Shown one piece after another: positions 49,801 through 61,551 of a stretch of 64,000 nt of DNA. Location: NCBI RefSeq assembly GCF_964355755.1, contig NC_092671.1, forward strand, positions 11,594,001 to 11,658,000. The letters are read 5' to 3'. The DNA is from Antedon mediterranea (Eukaryota > Animalia > Echinodermata). Below the pieces are notes generated by a model. That model was not told the DNA's origin and did not search any database. It saw only the letters and a list, made by a program, of their open reading frames with translations. The first letter of the stretch is position 1. Each line of letters starts with the position of its first letter. Both the position numbers and the translations under genes were made by a program.

Positions 49801-52800
49801 ATAGTTTTCCCTTATTTTTTCTTTTTATTTTCTCTACAGTGGATAATACTGTACAAGACAGAAGTATAAATGAAGAAGGTAATTGTTGTCTGTCATAGAG
49901 TTTGTTGTTTTTTTTCCCACTAATAATACATATATTCCGTAACTTTAAATCAATGGTAAATGAATATTGAATGCACATCAGTAGTAGACAAAATTGTGGT
50001 ATTGTTTTAGTTTCATAAATTTGTTACACATTTGTTACACATTTGTTAGAGGATGATGATGATGATGAGGAAGACGAAGAAGATGAATTAATGACGGCAA
50101 ACTATGCTGAGGAAACCTTTAATCTTAAACAATATTTAAACAGGTATGGAAGTTGTATTCCTATTTTCAAAAATACATAGATTCCTAATAATATTCATAT
50201 TAAGCTAAGCCTACACTATCAAACTTTTATGTGACAGAAAATCTGATGTGCCCATATACAGACATGATGATGTCACTACCATATTTGGGCATATCACTAC
50301 CATATTTGGGCACATCACACTTTTTTTGTCAAACTAGTTTAATGTGTAGACAGAGCTTTAAGCAACAAAGCCAAGTAAATTTTCCATCACTGTATGGATT
50401 TTTTAGTCCATGAATTGCAATACTGGATAACCAATTTGATATTTTTTTTTCTTAATAATTTTTTTTTATTTCAGATTTGCTCATTACAAGATTATCCAGG
50501 CATATGTGCACCTGTTGAAATTCTTTAGAAAAAACTCAACGCATACCAACCACTGCATTTTGAAGCTGTTACATCGTGTTGCCTTTGACCTTCACATGGA
50601 ACCACTTCTCTTCCAGTTGTCATTATTTCGCGTCTTTCAGAAGTTGTTAAACGACTCAATGGCCAAGTTACCTGAATACAAGGTGGGTTAAGCATTTTGA
50701 ATAATTGATTACTGAATGAGTATATAAATAATGAATGTCTTGAATGGGAAGAATATTCATTGTTTGGTTTTTAACATATATATTGCACTCGATTTTGCCC
50801 ATGGATGTGGTAAAACTTTTTTTTATCGTTATTATTAAATATAGATATAGCTAAACATTTCCTGAACTGTGCCATGATAAAGATGTGCTGCATTTTATAT
50901 TGTGTTGTTTATTATTATTTTATATTTAGGAAATGGTGACATTTGCAAAGTACATTATGAGAAAATTCTTTGAGAAGTTGGAGACAAACAAGAAACTGTA
51001 TGTTGAGATTCTATTTTGGAAGGACGTTAAAGAGGCGTATGAGCTTTCAGAAGGCTACGGTAGTCTAGCCAGTGATAATGCAAACAGACAAAAGACAAGT
51101 TTCTGGGCAGAGGAAGAGGAGGAGGAACTACGAATGCTGTATGATCAATATAAAGACAAAGAAGACGAAGATATAGGTTAGTTTATAAAGTGGATCACCT
51201 TCCTCCTCCATATTCAGGCACCCTCATATGGACACCTTCAGAACCCATCAAAAGATATCTACTGTATCAGAATTCAAAATATCAGTAATAACAAAGAACT
51301 TATAACACAAGAATCTCCTGTTCGTCCGAAGCGCGTAACAATTTCGAAAGGCATTGTGGGATAGAATAGAGCTATGGGTAGCGCCATTGTGAGCCATGGA
51401 GTAGGGCGCCCGCATCAAATTAGAAAGTCAAGATCATAGAGGGGATCTGCTAATACTCTAGGGGGGTAGAGTAATTGACTTCCTAGTTTGGAGGGGGCGC
51501 TGCTCCATGCTGTGAAATGGCGTCGCCCAGTTTGACCTTTTAACCCTGTACTTCCGATACTGTGTTTTGAATGCAAATTGAAGAACAGGAGATTCTTGTG
51601 TTATAAGTTCTTTGGTACTAGTAATAGAATCTTGGTCTGTGAGTAGTTTCCAGTCTCTCGCTTCATAATCAGCCTTATTCTCATACGATATATCCATTAT
51701 TGTTTTTCACAGAGTTAGATGTTGTGGATCATATTATGAAAGACATTATCAACCAGGGACGTACACGCAGACAGGTAAATGATTTATATCAATATTATTT
51801 TAGGTATCATATATATTTTTAGTGAGTTCAAATCTATCCCACATTTTAGTTCATTCTACAATAATGATGCTTGGAAACATTGCTTCCAACTTTATATTTG
51901 GGATTTGTTTTTGTTTTTTTCGTAAACGTTTCAGTCTTACTTTTTGTTTTATTCCCATATCAGATTATTGCGCAGCTCATCAGAATGGACATTATCTCAT
52001 CTACCAAAGATATTAAAAAGAAAAGAGTGTAAGTCAGAATTTTTATTTATTAAGTTTTTTATTTTATTATCATTATGATCTATATATATTGACATAACAT
52101 GACATGACATATATAATTGCACACTTACCAATATAAAAGTGTGTATTGCTTTGCATTGCCTTTTTAATTCTATGGTAAATTTTTTTAATTATATTTTCAC
52201 AGAGAAAAGCGACCAGGAGTTTGGCTGGAAGAACACGAGTATGAATTAAGAAATCTGTTTGACCAATTTAAAGGGTCTAATGGTAAGATTTAATTTTACA
52301 TCGCAAAATAGATTTGACACTTGTGCAATTTAAAAGATCAGAAGCTTAAATTGCTATTGCTATTATTTATTTTCATCTTAGACGTTGTTGGAAGTATATT
52401 AGAAAACATGACAGTAAAGCGATCGAAAAACAAAGTTATTGAGAAAATAATGAGTATGGAACTAGTAAATGATAAAAAAGAACTTTACAAGAAAAGAGAG
52501 AAGAAGGCCGGAAATGAAGGAAGGCGACGAAGAAGAAAGAAAGGAAGTGATGAGGATGATGAGGTAATCATTTCAACTTTTCTTTATATTCTTTTGCCCC
52601 ATGAAAGAACAACCATGTGTTGATCTTGGCCTCCATGGTTAAATAAAGTTTAATTGCTCGCGACCAATCAGAAATAGTGGGTATAGATTTGTAAACAAAT
52701 CGAACACCTCTCGCTTAGTGCGTGTTGAAGCATAGCGAAATGGCGGCTGCCGAGTGCTTTTGTTGCAAGGTGCATCATAAATGTTGTATATGTTGGATAA

Positions 52801-55800
52801 ATCGTGAATTTAACTACACAAAATCACTGAATAATATTCCTGTTTTTAATTTTCAAACACTTGCTGAGTGGTTTGCGTCGGCTCCGAAGGATAGTGGCGC
52901 AAAATCTTGGAAATTTTTCAAGGAAAGGTACGTCCACGATGTGGTCGTGCCTCTCCGCCCGCCCGGTGGCGTTGCCTGATGCGGTACTTCGTCTACTAGG
53001 CCTAGGAGGCTTGGGTGTCTGTTTAAGCGCCGAAGAACATCACATAATACATGGAAGATGCAATAGGAGCATGAAGAAGAATGAAAGATAATAATTAATA
53101 TATTTACGCAACATTTGTAAATAAAATCAACAGTTAACATGTATTAAATGCACCGTAATATATATGTGTCAAACCAAAAATGACAATACATAAATAAAGT
53201 CGATGATTCCGAACCAAATGCCCAAATAATTCTACAGTGAATATAAAACATAAGTTTAGAAAATAAATAACATCCTTACCATGCCATTCCATCAAAAGGC
53301 TAGTTTTGACGATTGCTTTTTAAGATGATCATCTCTCAGTTCTCCCATGCTTTAACATACCTCTCGCTGTGTTTGTTTACCATTGTATACCCACTAAAAG
53401 GTCAAACTGACGGTGACCTCGCGAGCGCGAAACGTGTCTATTGTCTGCAAGAATAATCATATCTTCCGAAATATGGAAAATTGGAACATAGCACTGAAGG
53501 AACATTTAGAAAGAGAGAAGCTTTTAAAAACATATTTTTTATTCTACATATTTATTTACATTTTTATATTTATATTATAGGATGATGACATAGTTGACAA
53601 CACAAAAACATTAGAATTTCAACGTAAGTGACACAGTTTGAACTTTTGAATTTAGTAAATAATCAGTATTAAATGAAACATCAAAATAAAGATCAGATTA
53701 GAGCCATTTTTCAGAGGTAATCAACTTTCGTTCTGCAACCTGTACTCGTTCCCTCCGGTCAACATCTGACTTAACCACTCTTTGACTATTCACAGTGTAG
53801 GTTGAAGTCATAAGGGGCGTGATCTTTTGTTATCGCTGTTCCAAAATTCTCCCTCTGTTTCGGTCTTCAAACTTGTTTCGTTCTGTGTGAATTCATTATA
53901 TGCATTGCATTTTATTCATTTTATTGTTTGTTAGGCAGGATAGTCAGATGCTCACATCATGACACTTGACAAGTTAGTGAAACAGTGTGGTGATGTGAGA
54001 CTCCATTTTCTGACTTTTTTCTGTTGTCTTGTTCAATTTGTTTTTACACGTGTGTTAAACAGCGCATAGAGACTATTTGTATTTTGTGCTATACAAATTT
54101 AAAACCATTAACCTGAGAATATGGGATGGATGGATGTGAGCTCTGTTAACATCTCCTCTTTACCTCTGAATATACCACTGGAGTGAAACAAAGAAACTGT
54201 CGTGACCCAGATTTAAAGTACACTTTGTTTTGTCATTTCTGTAGAGGGACTGCCATCAGACTTTGAAGAACCAGAAGCTTCAGCAACCTCAGACTCTGGG
54301 TCAGAAAGTGATGGAGAGGTCAAGACAACAGAATCAATGCTTATGAATGCTCAACGTGAAGGTAAGTTGTTAACAATGTATTAAAACTTGTCACAAAGAT
54401 CATGCATGATTCGCTATAGTGATTAGATTGTTTTCATGTAGAAATGGAACTTTAACCACAATTCAGTAAAGCTATAAAATACATCATGTTTTTATGGAAA
54501 TTTCTTTTGCTGTTGACTATGTTGAAAGTGCTATTGACTATTCTGATTTCTTTTGAAATAGGTTTGACCAATCAGGTGAGGTGGATACAGGATCTGCTCA
54601 GAACAACTGCCAATGATTTAGATGAGGAAGGTATATAAGATGGTTATTTATAATGACAATAGTATATAATATATGATGATGATTTTCAACAATTTGACTA
54701 CAGAATTTGACTTTTACTGTTTTAGTCATGTTAATATGTTTTACATATAATTTATGATTCTTTAATAATTTACACACTTTATAGTATTCCTTTATCCTTA
54801 ATTGTTCTCAATGTACATCTTTTAAAAGAAGAGTGAAACTGTATTTTTTATTTGTTTTTAGATGAAGATGATGATGACGAGGAAGATGTTCCCATTGTGA
54901 CGTTTAGCGAGGAGCACAACACAGCTATTAGCAACCGCACTTTTCAGAAGTTTCTCAAACAACTTGGTGTGAAGGCTCCATCTAATCACCAGGTTGGTGT
55001 CATAATCATCTCTTTTTCTAATTAATAAATAACTAAATTAATGTCTTTTATACGACTATAACCTTTGACCCTGCATTTATAACTCATAACATTATATTTG
55101 TTATTGATTGGAATGAATTCTTTGTACACAGGAACAATTTTGGAGAATCCCAGGTCATCTGACTTCTGCTGACCTTCGAAGGCTTGCCGATGAAATTGAA
55201 CCAAAAGATGACATCACCGAGGTTGACAAGAAAGCTCAATCTCGTAAAGATATGTTGAAAGAGATGTCAAAAGCAAAAAGGAAGGAAAATAAAGCTGCAA
55301 AAAGAGCTGAACGGGAAAGAAAGAGAGAAGAGCAGAGAAAGAAATTCTTTAAGGAAAAGGGAGGCGATGTAGTGAAAGAGAATGGAGTGTCAAAGAAGAG
55401 GAAAAAACAGAAAAACAAGATCATTAGAACAGCAGACAGTAGTAGCAGTGACAGGTAAGTCTTTATCAAATCTTGAATTTTTACAAACTTCCCTTTCAAC
55501 CAAACCTTCGTCATTTAAAAATAAATACAATTGTTTAAAATTTAATTGTTTTCAGTGATGACAAATTGTCTAATTTGAGATCAAAACCTTCTAAAAAACA
55601 ACCAAACGTAAATAACCTAGGAGATAGTGATGAGGATGATGTACCTATCAATTCAACAAGCGTTCCAGTAGAGAGGGCATCTAAGAAGAGAATGCTGAGT
55701 GAGTCGTCTAGCAGCGATGATGGGCAGGCGATAAGAAGTCATTCTAAACAAGCAAAGAAGTCTAGGTTAATGAGCGACAGTGAAGAAGAAGAAAAAGTAA

Positions 55801-56650
55801 CTACAAAAAGTGGTTCCAAAAAACAGAACAGGACATTGATTTCAAGCGATGAAGAAGACATGGTTGTAGATGAACAACCTAAAACTGTAGGATTAGGTGA
55901 TGATGAGGAAGATAGTGTAAATGTAAAAAGTAGTTCCAAGAGATTAAAAAAGTCATTGGTTTCAAGTGATGAAGAAAACATGGTTGTGGATGAGAAATCT
56001 GATCAAGTCGATGGTAAGACCGATAGTTTGAAGCAAGATAAAGAGAAAAGAATGTCAAATGATGAAGGCAATTCGAATGAACCAAAGAGAGCACATAAAT
56101 TTAGGATGATAAGTGATAGTGAAGTAGAAGAAGACACAGTTAATGATAGTCATTCAAAAGATGAAGATGATGTAGAGATAAAAAAAAACACCTCTGATCA
56201 AAGTATGAAGCTAAGATACAGTGACAGCGAAGAGGAAATGACATCACACGACAGGAATCAGATGGACAAGGAAGAAACAGTTGGTAGAACAAGTCGTAGG
56301 CAGAAGTCATGGTTACTAGATAGTGATAGTGAGGACGACGAAAGTGAACAGTTAGATAAAGCAAGAACTGTAGAAGAAGAAAATTCAAAGACAAATACTA
56401 GTGATGTAAATGAAGGTATGTTTTATCTATTTAATAGACACATCTGACATATATATATATATATAAAGAGCGTGTGACACAGTGTGTTAGATCGGTAGAG
56501 TCCAAGTCTGATGCTCATCTCACTCTGTCGTCGTTTTTCTAGTACCTAATATTTTGTGTTGTTTTTTTTTCAGGTTCAAGTTCAGATTCTGATGACAATA
56601 TACCTATTAAAAAGCGGTTTAACAAAATAGATGATTCGGATAGTGATTAA
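43884..56650 (+). CDS. TIMELESS: Protein timeless homolog (replication fork protection complex; mammalian TIM/timeout type), >25 exons
   Basis: Starts [29 protein letters not shown]. Exons encode [81 protein letters not shown], two Myb-like W.EE.E.ELR.L repeats, PARP1-binding-domain EQFWRIP and an acidic tail; stop TAA at 56648-56650. Confidence 0.96.
44804..44911. repeat. 36-bp tandem repeat x3
   Basis: TCTGGTCCAATTCATAAGATAAATGAACTGGCTTG(G/A) three times. Confidence 0.95.
46153..46740 (+). repeat. 47-bp minisatellite (12 full units + partial) built from the exon/intron junction of TIMELESS
   Basis: Unit GTAAGAATTACTTACTTACAATCAACACTAAATTATGCTATTAACAG; GTAAG recurs at 46158, 46205, 46252 ... 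46675 and 46728. Confidence 0.97.
48489..48671. mobile_element. PIF/Harbinger-like MITE (AGCTCTGTCTACAC family) with internal ~20-bp tandem repeats
   Basis: TIRs AGCTCTATCTACACTATCAAA / TTTGATAGTGTGACAGAGCT; internal GATATGCACAAATATGGTAGT repeats; inserted ~9 nt after a TIMELESS donor site. Confidence 0.85.
50203..50357. mobile_element. PIF/Harbinger-like MITE (same family, opposite orientation)
   Basis: AGCTAAGCCTACACTATCAAACT ... TGTGTAGACAGAGCT with TTA on both flanks. Confidence 0.8.
51292..51614. mobile_element. P/Galileo-superfamily-like MITE
   Basis: Perfect 32-bp TIR CAAAGAACTTATAACACAAGAATCTCCTGTTC; flanks GTAATAA / GTACTAG (5/7 match, 7-bp TSD). Confidence 0.7.
52650..53445. mobile_element. 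Internally deleted DNA-transposon remnant with coding relic
   Basis: GC-richer than surroundings; imperfect inverted blocks GCTCGCG...TAGTGGGTATA...GTAAACAAA (52656-52700) vs 53370-53426; short ORF containing [16 protein letters not shown]. Confidence 0.5.
53700..54110 (+). mobile_element. L2/CR1-group LINE 3' fragment
   Basis: Decayed coding-like CTCGTTCCCTCCGGTCAACATCTG segment and 3' end ACAGCGCATAGAG...GTGCTATACAAAT...CCATTA. Confidence 0.45.
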
Positions 56651-57772
56651 ATTAATCAAACCGAAATTACTCCCTGTTAATTTTCTACAATAAAGTACTG
56701 TAACCATTGCCATTTTATGATTTAAACATTGAAAATTTTCACTACCACATTTTTACATAGCAAGCATGGATTGTAGTTTGTGTCACAAGAATCTGGTACA
56801 GTATGTGTCTGAACACACTCTGTCTCCTGTCTGGGACTTTTGACTTTCGATTTACGCTGTGATTCCAGTTTTGGTAGACTCTGAATAGGTCCTATGCCTA
56901 CAGTACGCCATAGACCGTCGCAAATCAAAAGCTATGTGTTTCGAAAGTTGTATTAGACGACTGTAAATAATTGTATTTGAATAAATATTACACATAACAC
57001 ATAATAACACTATTGTCTGTTTCATTTAGATATTTTCCCAGCATTCTAATTTATAGATGATGGTGTCCTATTGACTTATGGGCCAAACATCATTATATTT
57101 CTCTTGCGCTCATGTTGCATTTGCGTGGATACCCATCTCCGCTTTTATCTTCAATCACAACGATGACCTATAATTTGTCAAACTAGTTCATATTAGAGTT
57201 GCTTTGAGATCAATACAGTGCTTATAGTTGTATTATCAAAGACAAAACTTGATACTGATTAATTTTATTCCATGCATTTGCCCTTTTATTCTTCTTACAT
57301 TGTGTCTATATTAAACACAATTTGTCGATTTTATTTACAAAAACTAATATCAGTGAATCAAAAAGATTGATTACTCTGAACTTTTGTTGAATTTACAATA
57401 AACTGTTACATTGTATATCAATCATTAAACTGAACTAATTTCATCTTAATTAACTTTGATTATATGACCGTGTATTAACGAAATTTCAAATACATGCAAA
57501 ACGGATGACCTATGTTTTTATTTTATTATAGGGGTTAGGGTTAAGGATTACAATAACTTGGTGGTAATTCCCTGATACAGGGGCTATTTTATATACTATG
57601 CCGGTAACCCATTAACCGCTCAGCCATTTTCCTGGTAACTTTTATTAAGAGTCACTTCTGTAAACCACCTGTGGTGTTCCTCCATTTCAAATGATACATT
57701 TTTTTCAGATTGACGCGGTGTTTCTGTTAGTTAATAGGAGAGGAGGTCTCTAAATACCGAAGGCCCATATAA

Positions 57773-58927
57773 CTAATTTATGATGTTATAATAATAATCG
57801 CTAACTTCATTTTCAGACAAAACTTTATTATAAAACTTGACTTCATCAATCAATCCAACAAACCAACGATGAATACGTACGTTTGAGCCTCCAATGCAGA
57901 CTGTTCTGTTAAGTGGTGGAATCGGACCGGAGCAGCAACCAGAGTTAGCCACTATTTGTCCATTTAGGTATATAAATACCGCGCTTCCATTGTATGTCAT
58001 AACTACGTGATACCATTCATCGTGCGTTGAGTTGACAAAAATGGTGTCATTTTTATTCATAGAAAATAGTTTTGCTCTGAGTCTTTCGGGTTTTGACCCA
58101 TGACCAATCATTATTTCAAATGTGCTAATTTTATGTCCACCATTATTCAATATGTACGCTCTGTAACATGAATTGTCGTATTTGTACCAGGCACTAACGG
58201 AAAAATCTGCTCCAAAATTAAAATTACGAAAAGCGTCTATTAAGAGCGTCTGTGAACCTGTAAACGCACCAGCACTACCCTTCACTCCATCAGCGTAAGT
58301 AAAGTTGTTCCCAGTTACGATGCCGTGGCGTGCGTTTCCGGAAACATCGTCTACGTTTCCTTCAAAGGCATAGTATGCCAACAAATTGTCACTTCTTTCA
58401 GAATCATTAGTTACTACGGTGCTTTGATTAACGTCTGGTGTTACAGATGTCATACGCACACCAACGCCTGACGTCAAAGATGTGTTGTTGTCGACGTCTG
58501 GTGTTACATATGTCATACGCACGCCGACGCCTGACGTCAAAGATGTGTTCCTGTCAACGTCTGGTGTTAGAGATGTCATACGCACGCCTACGCCTGACGT
58601 CAAAGATGTATTCTCGTCGACGTCTGGTGTTACAGATGCCATGCGCACGCCAACGCCTGACGTCAAAGATGTGTTATTGTCTACGCCTGGTGTTACACTC
58701 ACAGACAGCGATCCTTTTGTATAACATTTTGTACCAAATGTTCCCGGTTTATCTGCGAGTACCGTTAGTTTCCAAAAGTTTGGATAACTAATGCATTTTC
58801 TTCCACTAACAAGTACTTTCACACAAGCAGGCATACCGTCTATTGTCAATAGCACTTGGTCGTGTCGACAACTAGGTGTACTTTTAACAGTCAAACCCAG
58901 CAAGAGAAATAATATTAACCGAAGCAT
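57773..58927 (-). CDS. Secreted LamG-like jellyroll (concanavalin A-like) protein with Thr/Ser-rich 21-aa repeats, ~384 aa, single coding exon
   Basis: Acceptor CAG|GGT immediately before MLRLILFLLLGLTVKS (signal peptide). Then a small 4-Cys region, 21-aa repeats, and a LamG-type domain: LLAYYAFEGNVDDVSGN...FSVSAWYK...WYHVVMTYNGSAVFIYLNG...IGG...FVGLIDEVKFYNKVLS. Confidence 0.85.
   Translation of the reverse strand: MLRLILFLLLGLTVKSTPSCRHDQVLLTIDGMPACVKVLVSGRKCISYPNFWKLTVLADKPGTFGTKCYTKGSLSVSVTPGVDNNTSLTSGVGVRMASVTPDVDENTSLTSGVGVRMTSLTPDVDRNTSLTSGVGVRMTYVTPDVDNNTSLTSGVGVRMTSVTPDVNQSTVVTNDSERSDNLLAYYAFEGNVDDVSGNARHGIVTGNNFTYADGVKGSAGAFTGSQTLLIDAFRNFNFGADFSVSAWYKYDNSCYRAYILNNGGHKISTFEIMIGHGSKPERLRAKLFSMNKNDTIFVNSTHDEWYHVVMTYNGSAVFIYLNGQIVANSGCCSGPIPPLNRTVCIGGSNVRIHRWFVGLIDEVKFYNKVLSENEVSDYYYNIIN
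58430..58697 (-). repeat. Coding 63-bp tandem repeat (~4.3 units)
   Basis: Encodes SVTPDVDxNTSLTSGVGVRMT repeats. Confidence 0.95.
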
Positions 58928-59439
58928 ACCCTGGAAAACAAATGAAATTAAAATATGATTAGGTTGTATATATGTAGAAATATATGGGAATACTAGTGGA
59001 TTAAAGGGATGGTAAAGATATTGTTGGAAGGAAAACAGAAACATAGTGGTGGAATAGAAATAACCTGTTGTTTGTCCATGAGTCAAAATGTTAAAAAAAA
59101 TAGTCGTGTTTCAAAACTCACTGTTGCAAAATTAGTGATTGCAAGAGTACCTACAAAAAGTTGAAATCAATCTGAACAGCGATTTGCAGTAAAATAATAC
59201 AATAGTCTTCGTATCACATCGTTTCCTGACAGGCAAATATAGAAATTCGTTTGATTTGCTTTACCACTAACAATATCTATCTAATCAATAATACATGTGG
59301 CGCTATAGGCTCTTTTGTATAAAGACTTGTCTAATAAGAGGCGCACAAAATCAAAATTTGCTTGTTTTTCGAGAAATTTTATATTATGCGCTTATAATTA
59401 CTTGTCGGTCTTTAATCAACTTGATTAAAGTATTGATTA

Positions 59440-60790
59440 AGAAATCCCTGTACTATAATAGTACAGGAATTTTCAAAAAATGCCCAAATGGTTACGGTAG
59501 GCCTATATCATAATGTGTTCTGCGCATGTTACCTTTAATACTATTTTAAAAGGTCGATATTTTGGCAATTAACGAAAAAAATCAGTGATTTTTACGGAAA
59601 ATGGTCAAATTTCGATCCTTTTATTTTTTGACATAACTATAGTTACTATTATCATAATCTGACATGCGCAGACGCACATAATGTGTTCTGGGCATTATAC
59701 CTCAACACGTTTAAAAGGTCGATATTTTGGCCATTATGCACTAATATTGCTATATGCGCACGTATAGTGCCATGTCATCATCTTATAGTGTCAAGGTACC
59801 ACTTTATGTCTAAAAATAAAAAGTTCAAAATTTTGGTAATTTTTTGAGAAACCATGTACTATAGTAGGGCCTACAGGGATTTTTTTGCAAAAACACCAAC
59901 ATTTCGACCTTTTTCAAATCCAATTATTATGCACTAATATTGCTATATGTGGACGTATAGTGCCATATCATCATCTTATAGTGTCATGGGACCACTTAAT
60001 TATGTCGAAAATAAAAAGGTCAAAATTTGGTCATTTTTAGAGAAAATCCCTGTACAGGGATTTTTTTGCACAAATCACCCAAATTTCGACCTTTTTCAAA
60101 TCCAATTATTATGCAGTAATATTGCTATATGTGCACGTATAGCGCCATATCATCATCTTATAGTGCCATGGGACCACTTTATGTCGAAAAATAAAAATTT
60201 CAAAATTTTGTCATTTTTCGAGAAAATCCCTGTACTATCTACAGGGATTTTTTGCAAAATCACCAAATTTTCGACCTTTTTCAAATCCAATTATTATGCA
60301 GTAAGATTGCTATATGTGCACGTATAGCGCCATATCATCATCTTATAGAGTCATGGGACCACTTTATGTAAAAAATAAAAAGGTCTAAATTTGGTTATTT
60401 TTCGAGAAAATCCCTGTACTATAGTACAGGGATTTTTTGCAAAATCACCAAATTTTGACGTTTTTCAAATCCAATTATTATGTAAAAGAGGTATATAAGG
60501 GTGCAAGAAATCCCTGTACTATAATAGTACAGGATTTTTAAGAACCCTTTATTTTTCAAAATAACTGGTTGCTATGGTTACTATATCATAATGTGTTCCG
60601 CACATTACCTTAATACTACAGTATTTTAAAAATATTTTGGCCATTTTCGAAAACCAGGCCTAACTGGTTACATCATAATCTGACAAACTATAATGTTACT
60701 ATATAAAGTATGTATAGTACAGGGATTTTACGGAAAATGGTCGAATTTGGATGTTTATTTTTTGATACAACTGGTTACTATATCACAATT
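59440..60790. repeat. ~185-bp foldback satellite-like array (about 4 tandem units plus related flanks)
   Basis: Units start at ~59733, 59926, 60108 and 60293. Each has AAAAAGGTC.AAATTTGG ... CCAAATTTCGACCTTTTT arms around a CCCTGTAC...GTACAGGG core. Confidence 0.85.
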
Positions 60791-61551
60791 TGACATGCAG
60801 ACAGACAGACATACTGTATTCTTTTAAAAAGGCATTTTGTTTTTTGACACAAACAATAATTACACAGTAGTAACAGTAGTGCTTTAGCCTGGATTTATTC
60901 ATTGCACATTTTTATCTGTGAACATGAGGCCATGTTTTATATACACTAATGCTTTGCAAGTATATCAGTTTGCGTATTAAAAGAGTGGATAATCTCTTTA
61001 GTCCATTCTAGGAGCACATAACAGGGCAGATAGTCTAGTTACCGTGCATACATTCCTAGATAATAGTATCGATAAATACACTTTGTAGGGAATAACATTT
61101 GGCATGGGACACATTATTTAAACGATGTAAAGAGAACATACATATTTGGCACACATTTCACAGGATCTGCTTTGAAATTTCCAAGCTTTTAGATGGTCAT
61201 AAAGTAAAAAAACTAAACTTAAAGCTGCTCAAAAAAGCTATTATGCATCCCTGACTAAACGCATGTAGAGTCTACACAGTGTATTATTAAACCTGCATCG
61301 GGAATCCTTATCATTTTAGCAACAACAAACCCACAACACTGACAACATTAATACTCCTACAGTAAAAGTTTCAGACTGATATATTGTCATCAAATCTGTA
61401 AATTTATAAATGCAGAAGATCATCTTCTAATAATACATTATAATAAATTATTGTACAAAAAGAAGAGTAAATTAAAGGGTGTCTGTATTCCTGCATCCTT
61501 TAGTATCTGATAACAGCACAAGTAGCATTTCAAACAATTAGACAATTTCAT

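Noticed and set aside
55236-56394. Minus-strand Ser/Phe/Leu-rich ORFs
   Set aside because: Antisense shadows of TIMELESS low-complexity exons.
58928-59086. First 53 codons of the 437-aa ORF
   Set aside because: Intron-like, ends in a pyrimidine tract + CAG just before the signal-peptide Met; excluded from the CDS.
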